From an uncultured delta proteobacterium (GTDB lineage: Bacteria > Desulfobacterota > Syntrophobacteria > Syntrophobacterales > Syntrophobacteraceae): DNA of 64,000 nucleotides. The stretch is taken from positions 371,308 through 435,307 of the forward strand of contig CAWCGB010000008.1 in assembly GCA_963795045.1 (NCBI GenBank), written 5' to 3'. The position numbers and the translations under genes are program-made. Below, one piece after another: positions 46,390 to 55,829 of this stretch. The notes below the pieces were generated by a model that saw only the letters and a list, made by a program, of their open reading frames with translations, did not search any database and had not been told where the DNA came from. Positions within the stretch are counted from its first letter, which is position 1. The number at the start of each line of letters is the position of its first letter.

Positions 46390-47675
46390 ACAGGCAGCGC
46401 GGCATGACGATGGTGGAGCTGATGGTCAGCCTTGCGGTTGTCCTGCTTGTCATTGGTGCGGCAACCACGGCCTACCTGAAGCTTCTGAGGACTTACACGA
46501 ACCAGGGCAATCTGGCCGAGAACTATATGGCCAATTTGACCGGACTGGAGATGTTGCGCTACGATATCGAAATGGCCGGGTTAGGGCTGCCTGCCCCACC
46601 AACTGCAGCACTGCCGCCTGGCGTCACCTACACCGAAGCCGCCGCGCAGGGCGCCAACGCCCCGGCGCCTCCCTACGATCCAGCCGCCCTTAACGATGCG
46701 ACGTCTTCCGTGCCGCGCGCCTTCGTCCAGTTGGACAACGGCGGGGCGAACAATTCCGATGTGCTTGCTATAAAATCGACCGCAGCGAACCTCAACCCTA
46801 CGAGCAAGAAATGGTCCATGATCTCCCGCGCCGGCCCCGCGGCTCCTGCGGTGGTCAAAATGTGGGGGGGCGGGCAGTCCCTCGATCCTGTCATGGACTT
46901 TACCGCCGGTCCTCCCGCTGACATGTTCATCATTCTCGACAATAACTACCAGTTGGAAGCCGACCCATCCAATAACTTTAATTGGTGTTTTCCCTTCGTC
47001 GGCGCAGCAGGCCCCCCAACCGGTTATTATTCTTCAGTAGGCCTCTCGGGCGCCGTGCTCCCGCCCACCGTCCCGACCACCGGCGATCAGTCGGTCTACC
47101 ATATTTATGGCCTGGATAACAGCGCAGGCGTACACAGAATGCCGTTTAACCGCGTGGATTACTACCTGGGCAATAATGTCAATTTCCCAAGTCCAAAAAG
47201 TTGCGCGCCAGGCACCTTCACCCTGTTTCGAAGCACTATCAAGCAGGCTGACGGCACGCTCATCACGACTCCCCTTATCGATTGCGTGATGGATTTTCAG
47301 GTGGCCTTCGGGCTCGCCACCAATTTAGACAACAATATCAACAAATGGCAAACGAATCTGGCCGGTCTGCAGGCTTTGGACATACAGCAGCAGCTCCGCG
47401 AAGTGAGAGTATTTCTAGTCTACCAGGAAGGGCTCGGCGATTTAAGCAAGTCCCCGAGTTTCCGGTTTTCCGGCTTTTTAAATCTTGGTGACCAGGACAT
47501 TGCCAACGGCATTGATCCGGCTGATTATCCACAGGTACCGAACAATTTTCAACAGTGGAGCCCTGCGATAATGAATGGGGCGCTGAGCAACCCCACTCCT
47601 TTCGGATTGCAACTTCAATACCGCTGGAAGGTCGTCGAAATGGCTGTAAAACCTATGAACTTGATAAGGCCATAA
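46386..47675 (+). CDS. Minor pilin, PilW-like
   Basis: QRG|MTMVELMVSLAVVLLVIG. 429 aa. It overlaps the PilV stop by 4 nt. Confidence 0.75.
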   Translation: MNRQRGMTMVELMVSLAVVLLVIGAATTAYLKLLRTYTNQGNLAENYMANLTGLEMLRYDIEMAGLGLPAPPTAALPPGVTYTEAAAQGANAPAPPYDPAALNDATSSVPRAFVQLDNGGANNSDVLAIKSTAANLNPTSKKWSMISRAGPAAPAVVKMWGGGQSLDPVMDFTAGPPADMFIILDNNYQLEADPSNNFNWCFPFVGAAGPPTGYYSSVGLSGAVLPPTVPTTGDQSVYHIYGLDNSAGVHRMPFNRVDYYLGNNVNFPSPKSCAPGTFTLFRSTIKQADGTLITTPLIDCVMDFQVAFGLATNLDNNINKWQTNLAGLQALDIQQQLREVRVFLVYQEGLGDLSKSPSFRFSGFLNLGDQDIANGIDPADYPQVPNNFQQWSPAIMNGALSNPTPFGLQLQYRWKVVEMAVKPMNLIRP

Positions 47676-48244
47676 TGAAAAACTCCATCCAAAACCAAAA
47701 GGGAATAGCGCTCATCACCACCCTGATGCTTGTCGTCCTTGGGTTTGGGGTTGTGGCGATTATGTTGCGGCTCTCTACTCAGGAAACGAAACTGGCCAGG
47801 CTCGAACAAGGCTATACAACCGCACTGGATGCGGCAAAGGGCGCGACCGACCTTTTCATTTTCACTGTGCAAAATGGATCGGCACTGGGCACTCCACCGA
47901 CCCCGCCTTTCGGAGCGGCCTTCAATCAGAGCAATTGTCTTAAAGCAAAGATGACCACCGCTACGTCAGGCTGGACCGGAGCTGGATGTCCACAGACGAA
48001 CAACACCACCGCCCCTTCCGCAATAAGCTCCAACCCCGCCGATAGTCCGGACATAACCTTTACACTGTCAAATAATTACACCGTCAACGTCAAAATCATC
48101 GATACCACGATGACCGGGCCCGGCAGCCCCCCAAGCGATCCGTGCCGGAACGGCTGCTACTTTTACACAGTAGTAGCACGGGCCGCATCGCTGGATTTAA
48201 GCGAGCATGCCGACATTTCTTTCGTCTACCGCTACGATCAATAG
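47675..48244 (+). CDS. Minor pilin, PilX-like
   Basis: ORF 47555..48244. ATG 47675 overlaps the PilW stop (TAATG). QKGIALITTLMLVVLGFGVVAIML is the PilX N-terminal type. Confidence 0.7.
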   Translation: MKNSIQNQKGIALITTLMLVVLGFGVVAIMLRLSTQETKLARLEQGYTTALDAAKGATDLFIFTVQNGSALGTPPTPPFGAAFNQSNCLKAKMTTATSGWTGAGCPQTNNTTAPSAISSNPADSPDITFTLSNNYTVNVKIIDTTMTGPGSPPSDPCRNGCYFYTVVARAASLDLSEHADISFVYRYDQ

Positions 48245-48674
48245 AGAGAAGAGAGACAAGGGCGCAAGGTGAATATTTCACCCTCGTGCACTTCAGGGTA
48301 CGCGTGTATGCAAACCCTCGATTCGCCTGCAGGAACGAAAAATCCCCCTCTTTCAGGTCAAAAAATCCGATTCGGAAGCCCCGGATCTGGTCCGGCCCAG
48401 GCTCTCGCGGGACGTGGAATTCTCGTAAGGTTAAATCCTCCTGCGTTCATCGGTCTTTCCGGATGGACACCAGGCAGGGTAAACTGGTATAAAATCAATA
48501 CCAGGCCGCTGCCCGAATCCGGCTTTGCTCTCCCCATTTTCCTGCGTGCGCCGGCCGTTATCAATGTAAGTTAAAGGGTTCCATGTGGTGCCGTTTACAG
48601 ATGGCAACCTGGTATTTCACCACTTGGGTGAAATGGCAAATCTTCCATCCATTGCTCACCACGCGAGACTCAAA

Positions 48675-49337
48675 ATGAAGCCACGGCGGGCTGTGCTGCT
48701 CACTTTTTCGGTTATTGCCGTCTGTATCGTAAGCTACGAGTTTTTCGATCAGCCGGCCGCGCGTTTTTGTTCGACGATCGGCGGCAGAATTGCGTACATC
48801 TCCGAGCTGATAACGCGGCTGGGATTATCTACGCCATACCTGGCGGCAGCTCTTGCCGGATTTATCTATTTCAGGTTTATCAACAAGAACGAAACGCATG
48901 CAAACGCAGCCGCTTTTCTGCTCGCGGCCGTTGCCCTATCGGGACTTGCGAACGATCTGATCAAGGTGCTGGTTGGAAGGAGCAGGCCGGGACTGCTGCT
49001 TTCCCAGGGCATTTACTGGTTTAAACCCTTTACCAGCCAATATTATTATGCCTCGTTTCCGTCAGGGCATGCCAACACGATAGGCGCTCTGTGTTACGGG
49101 CTTTACAAAGTGATCGGCCGCTTCAGGTGGGCCTGGCTGACTATAGCTCTGGCGGTGATGGCCAGCCGTGTCATACTCGGGGCCCATTTTCCCAGCGACG
49201 TCCTGTTCGGGGCTTACCTGGGAGTAGTCGTTACTGAACTCATAGCTGAGGCTTTTGAGAAAAGATCAAAGCGGATAACATGGCAACCCGGACAGGGACC
49301 GCAGCAGCCGGCAGGCAACGGATTTGAAGGCCAATAG
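48675..49337 (+). CDS. PAP2-family phosphatase
   Basis: ORF 48585..49337. KVLVGRSRP, PSGH and SRVILGAHFPSD acid-phosphatase motifs. The start (48633 or 48675) is uncertain. Confidence 0.8.
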   Translation: MKPRRAVLLTFSVIAVCIVSYEFFDQPAARFCSTIGGRIAYISELITRLGLSTPYLAAALAGFIYFRFINKNETHANAAAFLLAAVALSGLANDLIKVLVGRSRPGLLLSQGIYWFKPFTSQYYYASFPSGHANTIGALCYGLYKVIGRFRWAWLTIALAVMASRVILGAHFPSDVLFGAYLGVVVTELIAEAFEKRSKRITWQPGQGPQQPAGNGFEGQ

Positions 49338-49356
49338 GCAGGTATGAGAGGACAAG

Positions 49357-50175
49357 ATGCCATTCATCAACATTGGGGACATCGATCTCAACTATGAGAT
49401 CCATGGCGAGGGATTTCCGCTCCTTTTTATAAGCGGTCTTTCCGGAAGCATCTATTCGTGGGAAGGACAAATCAGGTTTTTCAAAGAATATTACAGATGC
49501 ATAGTTTTCGATAACCGCGGGGCGGGGCTGTCCGAAAAGCCCCCGGGGCCGTATACAATGGCCGGGATGGCACAAGACGCGCTCCGCCTGCTCGATAGCC
49601 TCGGGATCGAAAAGGCGCTGGTATTCTCCCTTTCAATGGGAGGAATGATCGCCCTTGAGCTCGCGAGGATTGCGTCCCGCAGGCTTGGGGCCATGCTCCT
49701 GGGATGCACCCACGCGGGCGGCGGGAACCGGGTCTCGCCCTCGCCCGAAGCAGTATCGCTCCTCGTAAACAATGCGGGGCTCAGCCGCGAGGAAATCCTC
49801 CGGAAAGACACGCCCCTGTTTTTTAGTGAGAAATTCCGGGCCGAAAGCTCGAAAGTGATAGAAGAACACTACCGGTTGCAGCTTCTGGCGCCCCCTCAGC
49901 CGGAGTACGCGTTTCAGGCCCAACTCATGGCAATCTATGAATTCGACTGTACGGACGCACTGCAAGAAATCAACAATCCTGCGCTGGTCGTAACCGGGAC
50001 GCAAGACGTTCTGATTCCGGCCGCAAATTCGATCTTTCTTGCCGAAAATCTTGGGAACGCCGAACTGCTCGAAATACCTGGAGCGGGGCATGCCCTGCAT
50101 GTCGAATGCCGGGAATTTCTCAACCAGGCTGCTCACCTTTTTTATCAGAAACATCTTGGGGCGGGGTCCCGCTGA
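49357..50175 (+). CDS. Alpha/beta hydrolase
   Basis: HG..PLLFISG and the nucleophile elbow FSLSMGG. C-terminal GAGHALHVE. Confidence 0.85.
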   Translation: MPFINIGDIDLNYEIHGEGFPLLFISGLSGSIYSWEGQIRFFKEYYRCIVFDNRGAGLSEKPPGPYTMAGMAQDALRLLDSLGIEKALVFSLSMGGMIALELARIASRRLGAMLLGCTHAGGGNRVSPSPEAVSLLVNNAGLSREEILRKDTPLFFSEKFRAESSKVIEEHYRLQLLAPPQPEYAFQAQLMAIYEFDCTDALQEINNPALVVTGTQDVLIPAANSIFLAENLGNAELLEIPGAGHALHVECREFLNQAAHLFYQKHLGAGSR

Positions 50176-50800
50176 GAAAATTCCGCTTTAGAAAAGCTTC
50201 TATTTTTGCTGAGAGGTCCCGCTCGGCCCCCCGGTAGAAATGATCCACGCCGGGCAGTATTTCAGGGGTTACCGGGGCGCCAGGCTGGCTGGACAGCCAT
50301 TTCCCCAGAGATTCGACAGAGCAGAAATCGTCCTGGTTTCCGATCGTGACGAGCCGGGGCACGTCAGGGAGTTTGAGTCCCTCGAAAGAAATAAAATCGA
50401 GCGGAGGCGATATCAGTATCACCGAATCCGGTGTAAGGCCCATTCGGATAGCCTCCATTGTTGCCCATGCTCCATAAGAGTAGGCCGCAAAATCGATGGG
50501 CCCGGGAGAGTGGGTATTGAGATATTCCGAGATGCCGGCCAGGTCTTCGGCATCCTTGAGCCCCTGGGCCGGATGCCCGCCGCTGGCGCCTGTTCCCCTG
50601 AAATTAAAGCGCAGCGTTCTCCACCCAAGGCCGGCAAAAGCCTGGCGCGCGGCCTGAACGGCGTTGTTGTACATGTCGCCGCCGTAGAGCGGATGTGGAT
50701 GGCAAAGGACCGCATTTCGGCCGGTCCGCCCATGCTCGAATAGTCCTTCGATAGTGATCTTCCCATCTTCAACTGGTATCCTGACTGGTTCTTCAGCCAT
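50120..50800 (-). CDS. Alpha/beta hydrolase (dienelactone hydrolase/KANL3-like)
   Basis: ORF 50120..50860. ATG 50800 is 7 nt after GGAG. CHPHPLYGGDM and nucleophile-like AYSYGA. Confidence 0.75.
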   Translation of the reverse strand: MAEEPVRIPVEDGKITIEGLFEHGRTGRNAVLCHPHPLYGGDMYNNAVQAARQAFAGLGWRTLRFNFRGTGASGGHPAQGLKDAEDLAGISEYLNTHSPGPIDFAAYSYGAWATMEAIRMGLTPDSVILISPPLDFISFEGLKLPDVPRLVTIGNQDDFCSVESLGKWLSSQPGAPVTPEILPGVDHFYRGAERDLSAKIEAFLKRNFLSGTPPQDVSDKKGEQPG

Positions 50801-50975
50801 AATCCGCTCCTTTTCGGCCGCCCCTGGACTGTTTATATTTATTGATGTAAATGCATACACCGGAAGGGCCGGTTTTTACAATCCGGTTTATGTTCGATCC
50901 AGGGGCGGGCGGTGCGGCCAGGTTCCGTTGGCCTCCCCCGGGTTTCCTGCCGCAGTGACGTTAAAAGGATGTTGA

Positions 50976-51929
50976 ATGTCCCGCTTCAAATCCGCACTTG
51001 TGCTTAGCGGAGGTTCCGCGCGAGCCCTTTCGCACCTGGGGGTCATCCAGGAAATCGAGCGCAGAAACCTGAAGTTCGACTTGATAGTAGGAACGAGCAT
51101 GGGGGCCGTAATCGGCGGCCTTTACGCCTGCTATCGAGACTCGGCAAAGGTCCTGGCGCGTCTCAAAAATCTTTTCAAAAGCGAACTCTTCCTCAGGACC
51201 ACCTCCAACGCAGTCGATGACAATCCCGTTTTTCTGGGTCCGGAAGGCTTTTTTAACCGGTTTATATGGCTGTTTAGAAGAGGGGTCTTCCTTAGCCACA
51301 CCATGCTGCAGATGGAACTGGTAGCCGAAGATCTCTACGACGAATTGTTCTCTATGCTGATACCGGAAGTGCTCATAGAAGAACTGCCGGTCCGGTTTGC
51401 CGCGGTCGCAACGGACCTGCTGACGGGAGAAGAGATAGTACTGACGAAGGGGTCTTTGAGACGCGCCGTTGCAGCAAGTTCCTCGATACCGGGCATGTTT
51501 CCGGTGATCGAGATAAACGGCCGGACGCTCGTGGACGGGGGCTGGGCGGATAACGTTCCCGTTGCCCCGGCGATCGCCATGGGAGCTCATTTCGTCCTTG
51601 CCTCCGACGCCACTCTCGAGGTTAGCGGAATGGCGACAGAGCCAAAGTCCGCAATGGAGATATTGTTTCGCTGCAATGAAATCTCGCGTGTTCTTCTGAC
51701 CAGACATCTGAAATCGGCCGCTGATGTCCTGATTACCCCTGAGATAGGCAACATATCCTGGGCGGACTTCAATTCTTTGGACCATTGTCTGGCCGCAGGC
51801 AGAAAAGCCTTCGATCAAAACTCTTCAGCCATTTTGAAACAGTTGCTTGTGCGCCGGTTCCAGACACTTGAAGGGACCATCCACCCCGGCAGGTTCGGAG
51901 AATGGCGGCATGAGTTCCTGATAATGTGA
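50976..51929 (+). CDS. Patatin-like phospholipase
   Basis: GGSARALSHLGV (oxyanion), GTSMG (GxSxG) and VDGGW (catalytic Asp). Confidence 0.9.
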   Translation: MSRFKSALVLSGGSARALSHLGVIQEIERRNLKFDLIVGTSMGAVIGGLYACYRDSAKVLARLKNLFKSELFLRTTSNAVDDNPVFLGPEGFFNRFIWLFRRGVFLSHTMLQMELVAEDLYDELFSMLIPEVLIEELPVRFAAVATDLLTGEEIVLTKGSLRRAVAASSSIPGMFPVIEINGRTLVDGGWADNVPVAPAIAMGAHFVLASDATLEVSGMATEPKSAMEILFRCNEISRVLLTRHLKSAADVLITPEIGNISWADFNSLDHCLAAGRKAFDQNSSAILKQLLVRRFQTLEGTIHPGRFGEWRHEFLIM

Positions 51930-52089
51930 CTCTCCGCCTCGCGTTTCCTTGTCTATCAGGGAGACCCGGCCGAAATCTGCGGAGTAATCCCCCTCACGTA
52001 CTCCGCCCCGGGCGCGCCGGGAACTTGCAGGGCTGCATGCCGAACCCGGTCGAAGTGCTCTAATACGGAGTTGCGTTCAAGTCGGGTGC

Positions 52090-52127
52090 TACGGGAGGGC
52101 ATACAGCGTTGCGCTCCCCCTCCCGTA
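52090..52127. other. Stem-loop inside the IS110 3' non-coding end
   Basis: TACGGGAGGG, an 18-nt loop, then CCCTCCCGTA. The loop contains GTTGCG, which also occurs in the IR core. Confidence 0.5.
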
Positions 52128-52153
52128 CGGAACAACCGTGCGACAATGCTGTA

Positions 52154-52175
52154 GGGGCGGGGTTTATCCCCGCCC
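52154..52175 (-). terminator. GC hairpin 37 nt after the transposase stop
   Basis: GGGGCGGGG-TTTAT-CCCCGCCC. Confidence 0.45.
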
Positions 52176-52211
52176 GGTCTCTTGTGAAACTTGAAGGGAC
52201 AATGAACGCCC

Positions 52212-53594
52212 CTAAGCAGCTAATGGTTCGATTTTATAGCCCATTTGCTTAAGAGTTCTGGCATACGTTGCCAAACGACGCTCGGTAAAACGGGCCTCGT
52301 AGACATCGGAGCCTGTGTCAACATATGCTTGGCCATAACGGATCAACCGATAAACCAGTTGGGCCAACTTGCGGGCCGTCGCAAAAACGGCGACCGACTT
52401 GCCTTTGCGTCTCGAGATGCGGCGATAGTAGGCTCCAAGTGCCGTTTTCGAATTGCGCAAACTTGTTGCGGCCATGCGCAATGCATTGCACACCCGCGTG
52501 GAGGTGACAGCCCGGAACTTGCCTGGGACCTTTTTGCCTGCGCTGATCGAGATATTTGGCGCTAGACGCAAGTACGAAACGAAGTGGCCTTCATCTGGGA
52601 ATACAGACAGGTCGGGACCTAACTCACTCATGATAACGGCGGCGGTATCAACACCAATGCCGTCAATTGTAGTGAGATCAAAGCCCGACATGCGATAAAG
52701 GGCCTGGCGCATTGGCTCCTGACCCAGCTTGGAAAATTTAGTCGCTTTGGCTCTGGATGCCGGAGGCGGTGCCGATGAATCCTTTGAGTCAGGAGGTTGC
52801 AAGGAGTTGACGTACTTGAGGATCTCGGCATCATAGTCGGCGATGACGCCACATAGCTGATCATAAACCTTTAGGGCTTGACCAAGGTTGAACAGGTGCT
52901 CAAGGCGCCAGTTACCGGTGAGCTCCTCGGCGATCCTGTCTTCCGATTTCTGGCATCGGCAATCACGCAAACTCGCCAGGGCACGAGGGTCCCGTTCACC
53001 GCTTATAATGGCACGGATAATTGCCATGCCGGTAAGGCCTGTAATATCCGAAACGGCGTGATGCACGCAAATGTTCATCTGGTCGAGGCTCTTTTGCATC
53101 CGTCGGACCCAGTCGGAACGCAGGTCTACAATTGTATTGCGCTCACGTATGAGAGCTCGCAGGCAACAGATGTCCTCGCCTGGTCGGAAAGACCCCCGGA
53201 GCAATCCGCAGGCGTGCAGTAATTGAATCCACTGGCAATCGATCATGTCGGTTTTGCGGCCCGGAACATGACTAATCTGGCGAGCATTGACCAGTTGGAC
53301 GTCGAAGCCGCGGCTATCGAGGATTTCAAATAGCGGGATCCAGTATACGCCGGTGCTTTCCATGGCGACAGTAGCGATCTTCTGCTGCTCAAGCCATCCG
53401 GCGAGGCGCAACAGTTCCGGGGTTGTGGTTCCAAAATGCTTTACGTTAGGGGAACCGTCCGGTAAAGGTGGACCGGCCACGCAGTGCTCGCGTGAGCCCA
53501 GATCGATACCGGCTGCATTGGGTTGAATTGGGTTCAAAGAGTGTGGCTGCCCTTTGCGGCCTTTGCCTGGTGCATTCTTACGCTTCTGGGCCAT
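52212..53594 (-). CDS. IS110-family (DEDD) transposase/recombinase
   Basis: AGIDLGS, VAMESTGVYW, and the C-terminal Transposase_20-like LTTIDGIGVDTAAVIMSELG. Confidence 0.9.
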   Translation of the reverse strand: MAQKRKNAPGKGRKGQPHSLNPIQPNAAGIDLGSREHCVAGPPLPDGSPNVKHFGTTTPELLRLAGWLEQQKIATVAMESTGVYWIPLFEILDSRGFDVQLVNARQISHVPGRKTDMIDCQWIQLLHACGLLRGSFRPGEDICCLRALIRERNTIVDLRSDWVRRMQKSLDQMNICVHHAVSDITGLTGMAIIRAIISGERDPRALASLRDCRCQKSEDRIAEELTGNWRLEHLFNLGQALKVYDQLCGVIADYDAEILKYVNSLQPPDSKDSSAPPPASRAKATKFSKLGQEPMRQALYRMSGFDLTTIDGIGVDTAAVIMSELGPDLSVFPDEGHFVSYLRLAPNISISAGKKVPGKFRAVTSTRVCNALRMAATSLRNSKTALGAYYRRISRRKGKSVAVFATARKLAQLVYRLIRYGQAYVDTGSDVYEARFTERRLATYARTLKQMGYKIEPLAA

Positions 53595-53999
53595 CGTTGT
53601 CAGTCTCCTTTAATAGGGTATGGGAACGACAGCCCGGGGTGGCCTTTGTAAATATTCTCTTGTGGGAGAGTGCATAAGCCTCATCAGTGTTCAAAAAGCG
53701 GCCCGGGGCCATGCTTGAACAGGGGCATCGAGCTCCAGTGATCGAGGGACCTTGGCTGCTGCCGCGCCCGAGCTTGTTCTTTTAGAATGATGCATCCGGC
53801 AGGGCAAGGTCCAAGTTTCATTCTCGTTCAAACCGCGTCCGAGGACGGGGCGGCCTTGCTTGAACGCAACTTAGTATAAAACCTGACGCGCAACCATCTC
53901 GCTTATTTCCTTTGACAAGACACCCCCGATTTATGAGATAGTTATCGATAGTCCGATTGAGAACAGAGAAACTCATAGTAAGACGAAAGGAGACATCCC

Positions 54000-54695
54000 A
54001 TGGCTCAGAGGACTGGCCTAGCCGTTTTTATCATGGTTTTGAGTCTATGTTTGCTCGCACCTGCCTTTTCAAATGCCGGAGTCGGAGAGGAAGCCAAGAT
54101 TCAGGCATCAACCGCCGTCATAAAAGAGATCATGGAAATCCCGGAAAGTGCAATTCCGCCCAGTCTTTTGTGCAGCGCACACGGGATCGTAATTTTTCCC
54201 GATCTGCTGAAGGCCGGCTTTATTTTTGGCGGCCGCTATGGATGCGGGGTGCTGCTGGTGCGCAATCAGGACGGGACTTGGAGTAACCCGGTCTTTTTTC
54301 GCCTCATAGGAGGCAGCTTCGGGTGGCAGATCGGCGCCCAATCCACCGACGTTATCCTTGTGCTCAAAAGCATTCGCAGTCTGGATGCGATAAGCGGAGG
54401 CAAATTCACTCTCGGGGGTGACGCTTCGGTAGCAGCCGGCCCGGTCGGCAGGCAAGCCGAAGCGGCAACAGACGTTATGCTCACGGCCGAGATCCTCTCC
54501 TACTCGAAAAGCCGGGGCCTTTTCGTGGGCCTTTCGCTTGAAGGGGCCGCAATTCAGGTGGACTACGGCTCGACCGCGGCATTCTATAACGTTCCGGGAT
54601 TGCTGCCGGTGGATATTTTGAAAAACCGGAATATGACGGCCCCTGCCTCTGCCATGGAGCTTAGACGGGTGATCGAGTGGTACTCCAAACAGTGA
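54000..54695 (+). CDS. SYLF/DUF500 (Ysc84-like) lipid-binding domain protein, secreted
   Basis: Signal peptide. GGSFGWQIGAQSTDVILV, GGDASVAAGPVGR and SRGLFVGLSLEG. Confidence 0.8.
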   Translation: MAQRTGLAVFIMVLSLCLLAPAFSNAGVGEEAKIQASTAVIKEIMEIPESAIPPSLLCSAHGIVIFPDLLKAGFIFGGRYGCGVLLVRNQDGTWSNPVFFRLIGGSFGWQIGAQSTDVILVLKSIRSLDAISGGKFTLGGDASVAAGPVGRQAEAATDVMLTAEILSYSKSRGLFVGLSLEGAAIQVDYGSTAAFYNVPGLLPVDILKNRNMTAPASAMELRRVIEWYSKQ

Positions 54696-54856
54696 GAAGG
54701 GCTTCGGCAGCCGCATAAAAGACGCCAAAACCCGAGGGCAGACAAGCCCGAAGGTTTACACAACCGGAACCTTGTTCCGGCCCTCTCGTTTCGAGTTATA
54801 CATTGCCTCGTCCACTCTGAGGAAAGGCTTCCCGGGGTCGGTGTCTGTCGGCCGAT

Positions 54857-55798
54857 TCAGGCCACCACCCAGAGAGCAATACCTCCCGCGAGTTGGATAA
54901 GCTTGCCGGTTACGCGTCCCATGTCGAACTCATCAACGTTGGAAAGCCCTTTTCTTCCCACTACCACCGTACCATATCCTTCGCGGTTGGCTTCTTCGAA
55001 AATCGCCCCGGCGCGGCTTGTGACGCCGGAAATGACTTTGGTCGAAATTTTCTCCCGCTCGATTCCGGATGATACAAGGATACGGATAGCCGCATCAAAG
55101 GAAGGTCTGATCTGGTTTTCCGCCTCTTCGATAAGCCGTTGCCTGTATTCTTCCGGAAATATCTTTTCCTTGCCGGTCCAGGAGACTGCAATTCCACGAA
55201 CGACATGAACGAGCCTGATGGTATTTTTGGAAGCGTTGATCATCTTGGAGACATGATCCACGGCCCTCATGGCCGATTCAGAGGAGTCCATCGCTACAAT
55301 CACCCCGCCGCTCCCAGCGTTGTCACCAACCAGCCACAAGTTAACTGAGCGAAGTTTTGACGCAGTTTTGGCCGCAACGCTTCCGAGCACCTCTACACCG
55401 GCTCCTCCAAACCCGCGCCGGCCCATGAGTATTGCGTCATACTCGCGCTGGGCCTCCAGCAACAGGTCTCTTGCAATGCCCTCTTTTTCTTTCTGGATGC
55501 TGATCATGATTGAATACTCGGGTATGCCTATGCCCGTAAGCTGGCGCCGAATATCGCGCATAAGATCGCGGACCTGTCTTTCCCGCTCGGAGTCCCATTT
55601 CCTGAGAATGTCAGAATTCGGTAAGCCGAATGGTTCTTTTTCCCAATCCCGGAAGGATTCCGGAGCTTTCGGCATGACATGGAAAAGAACAAGTTCCGTC
55701 TGCTCGACGGAAATTATGCCTCTCAGGTAATCGACAAGCCTCTGCGTCTGTTCAGAGCCATCGACAGCGATAAGCACCTTACAGCATCCGCGGTCCAT
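54857..55798 (-). CDS. Tandem universal stress protein (two UspA domains)
   Basis: ORF 54857..55846. Two VLIAVDGSE / VIVAMDSSE openings and two G-x2-G-x9-G-S-like ends. ATG 55798 avoids overlap with the upstream gene. TTG 55846 is also possible. Confidence 0.7.
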   Translation of the reverse strand: MDRGCCKVLIAVDGSEQTQRLVDYLRGIISVEQTELVLFHVMPKAPESFRDWEKEPFGLPNSDILRKWDSERERQVRDLMRDIRRQLTGIGIPEYSIMISIQKEKEGIARDLLLEAQREYDAILMGRRGFGGAGVEVLGSVAAKTASKLRSVNLWLVGDNAGSGGVIVAMDSSESAMRAVDHVSKMINASKNTIRLVHVVRGIAVSWTGKEKIFPEEYRQRLIEEAENQIRPSFDAAIRILVSSGIEREKISTKVISGVTSRAGAIFEEANREGYGTVVVGRKGLSNVDEFDMGRVTGKLIQLAGGIALWVVA

Positions 55799-55829
55799 TC
55801 TTCTCCCGATACTCCCGAGCAAGTTAGCG

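Larger units (their letters stand above)
52061..53879 (-). mobile_element. IS110-family insertion element with 21-bp imperfect terminal/subterminal inverted repeats
   Basis: TAATACGGAGTTGCGTTCAAG at 52061-52081 versus the reverse complement of 53859-53879 (TTATACTAAGTTGCGTTCAAG), 18 of 21 identical. It encloses the transposase plus 151-nt and 285-nt non-coding ends. Confidence 0.7.

Noticed and set aside
48245-48674. 430-nt spacer after pilX with track ORFs of 101 and 116 aa
   Set aside because: The ORFs lack an RBS and have Arg/Pro/Gly-skewed composition. I could not support any RNA or protein feature there.
50961-51818. 285-aa minus-strand ORF
   Set aside because: It is antisense to the patatin gene, which has all catalytic motifs.
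51950-52060. Possible third, highly decayed cupin 3' remnant upstream of the IS110 element
   Set aside because: Only the last 10 nt (CCGGTCGAAG) and the codon-spaced stop are convincingly shared with 8835-8852. Upstream similarity (YQGDPAEI vs FRGDVVIY) is too weak to call by eye.
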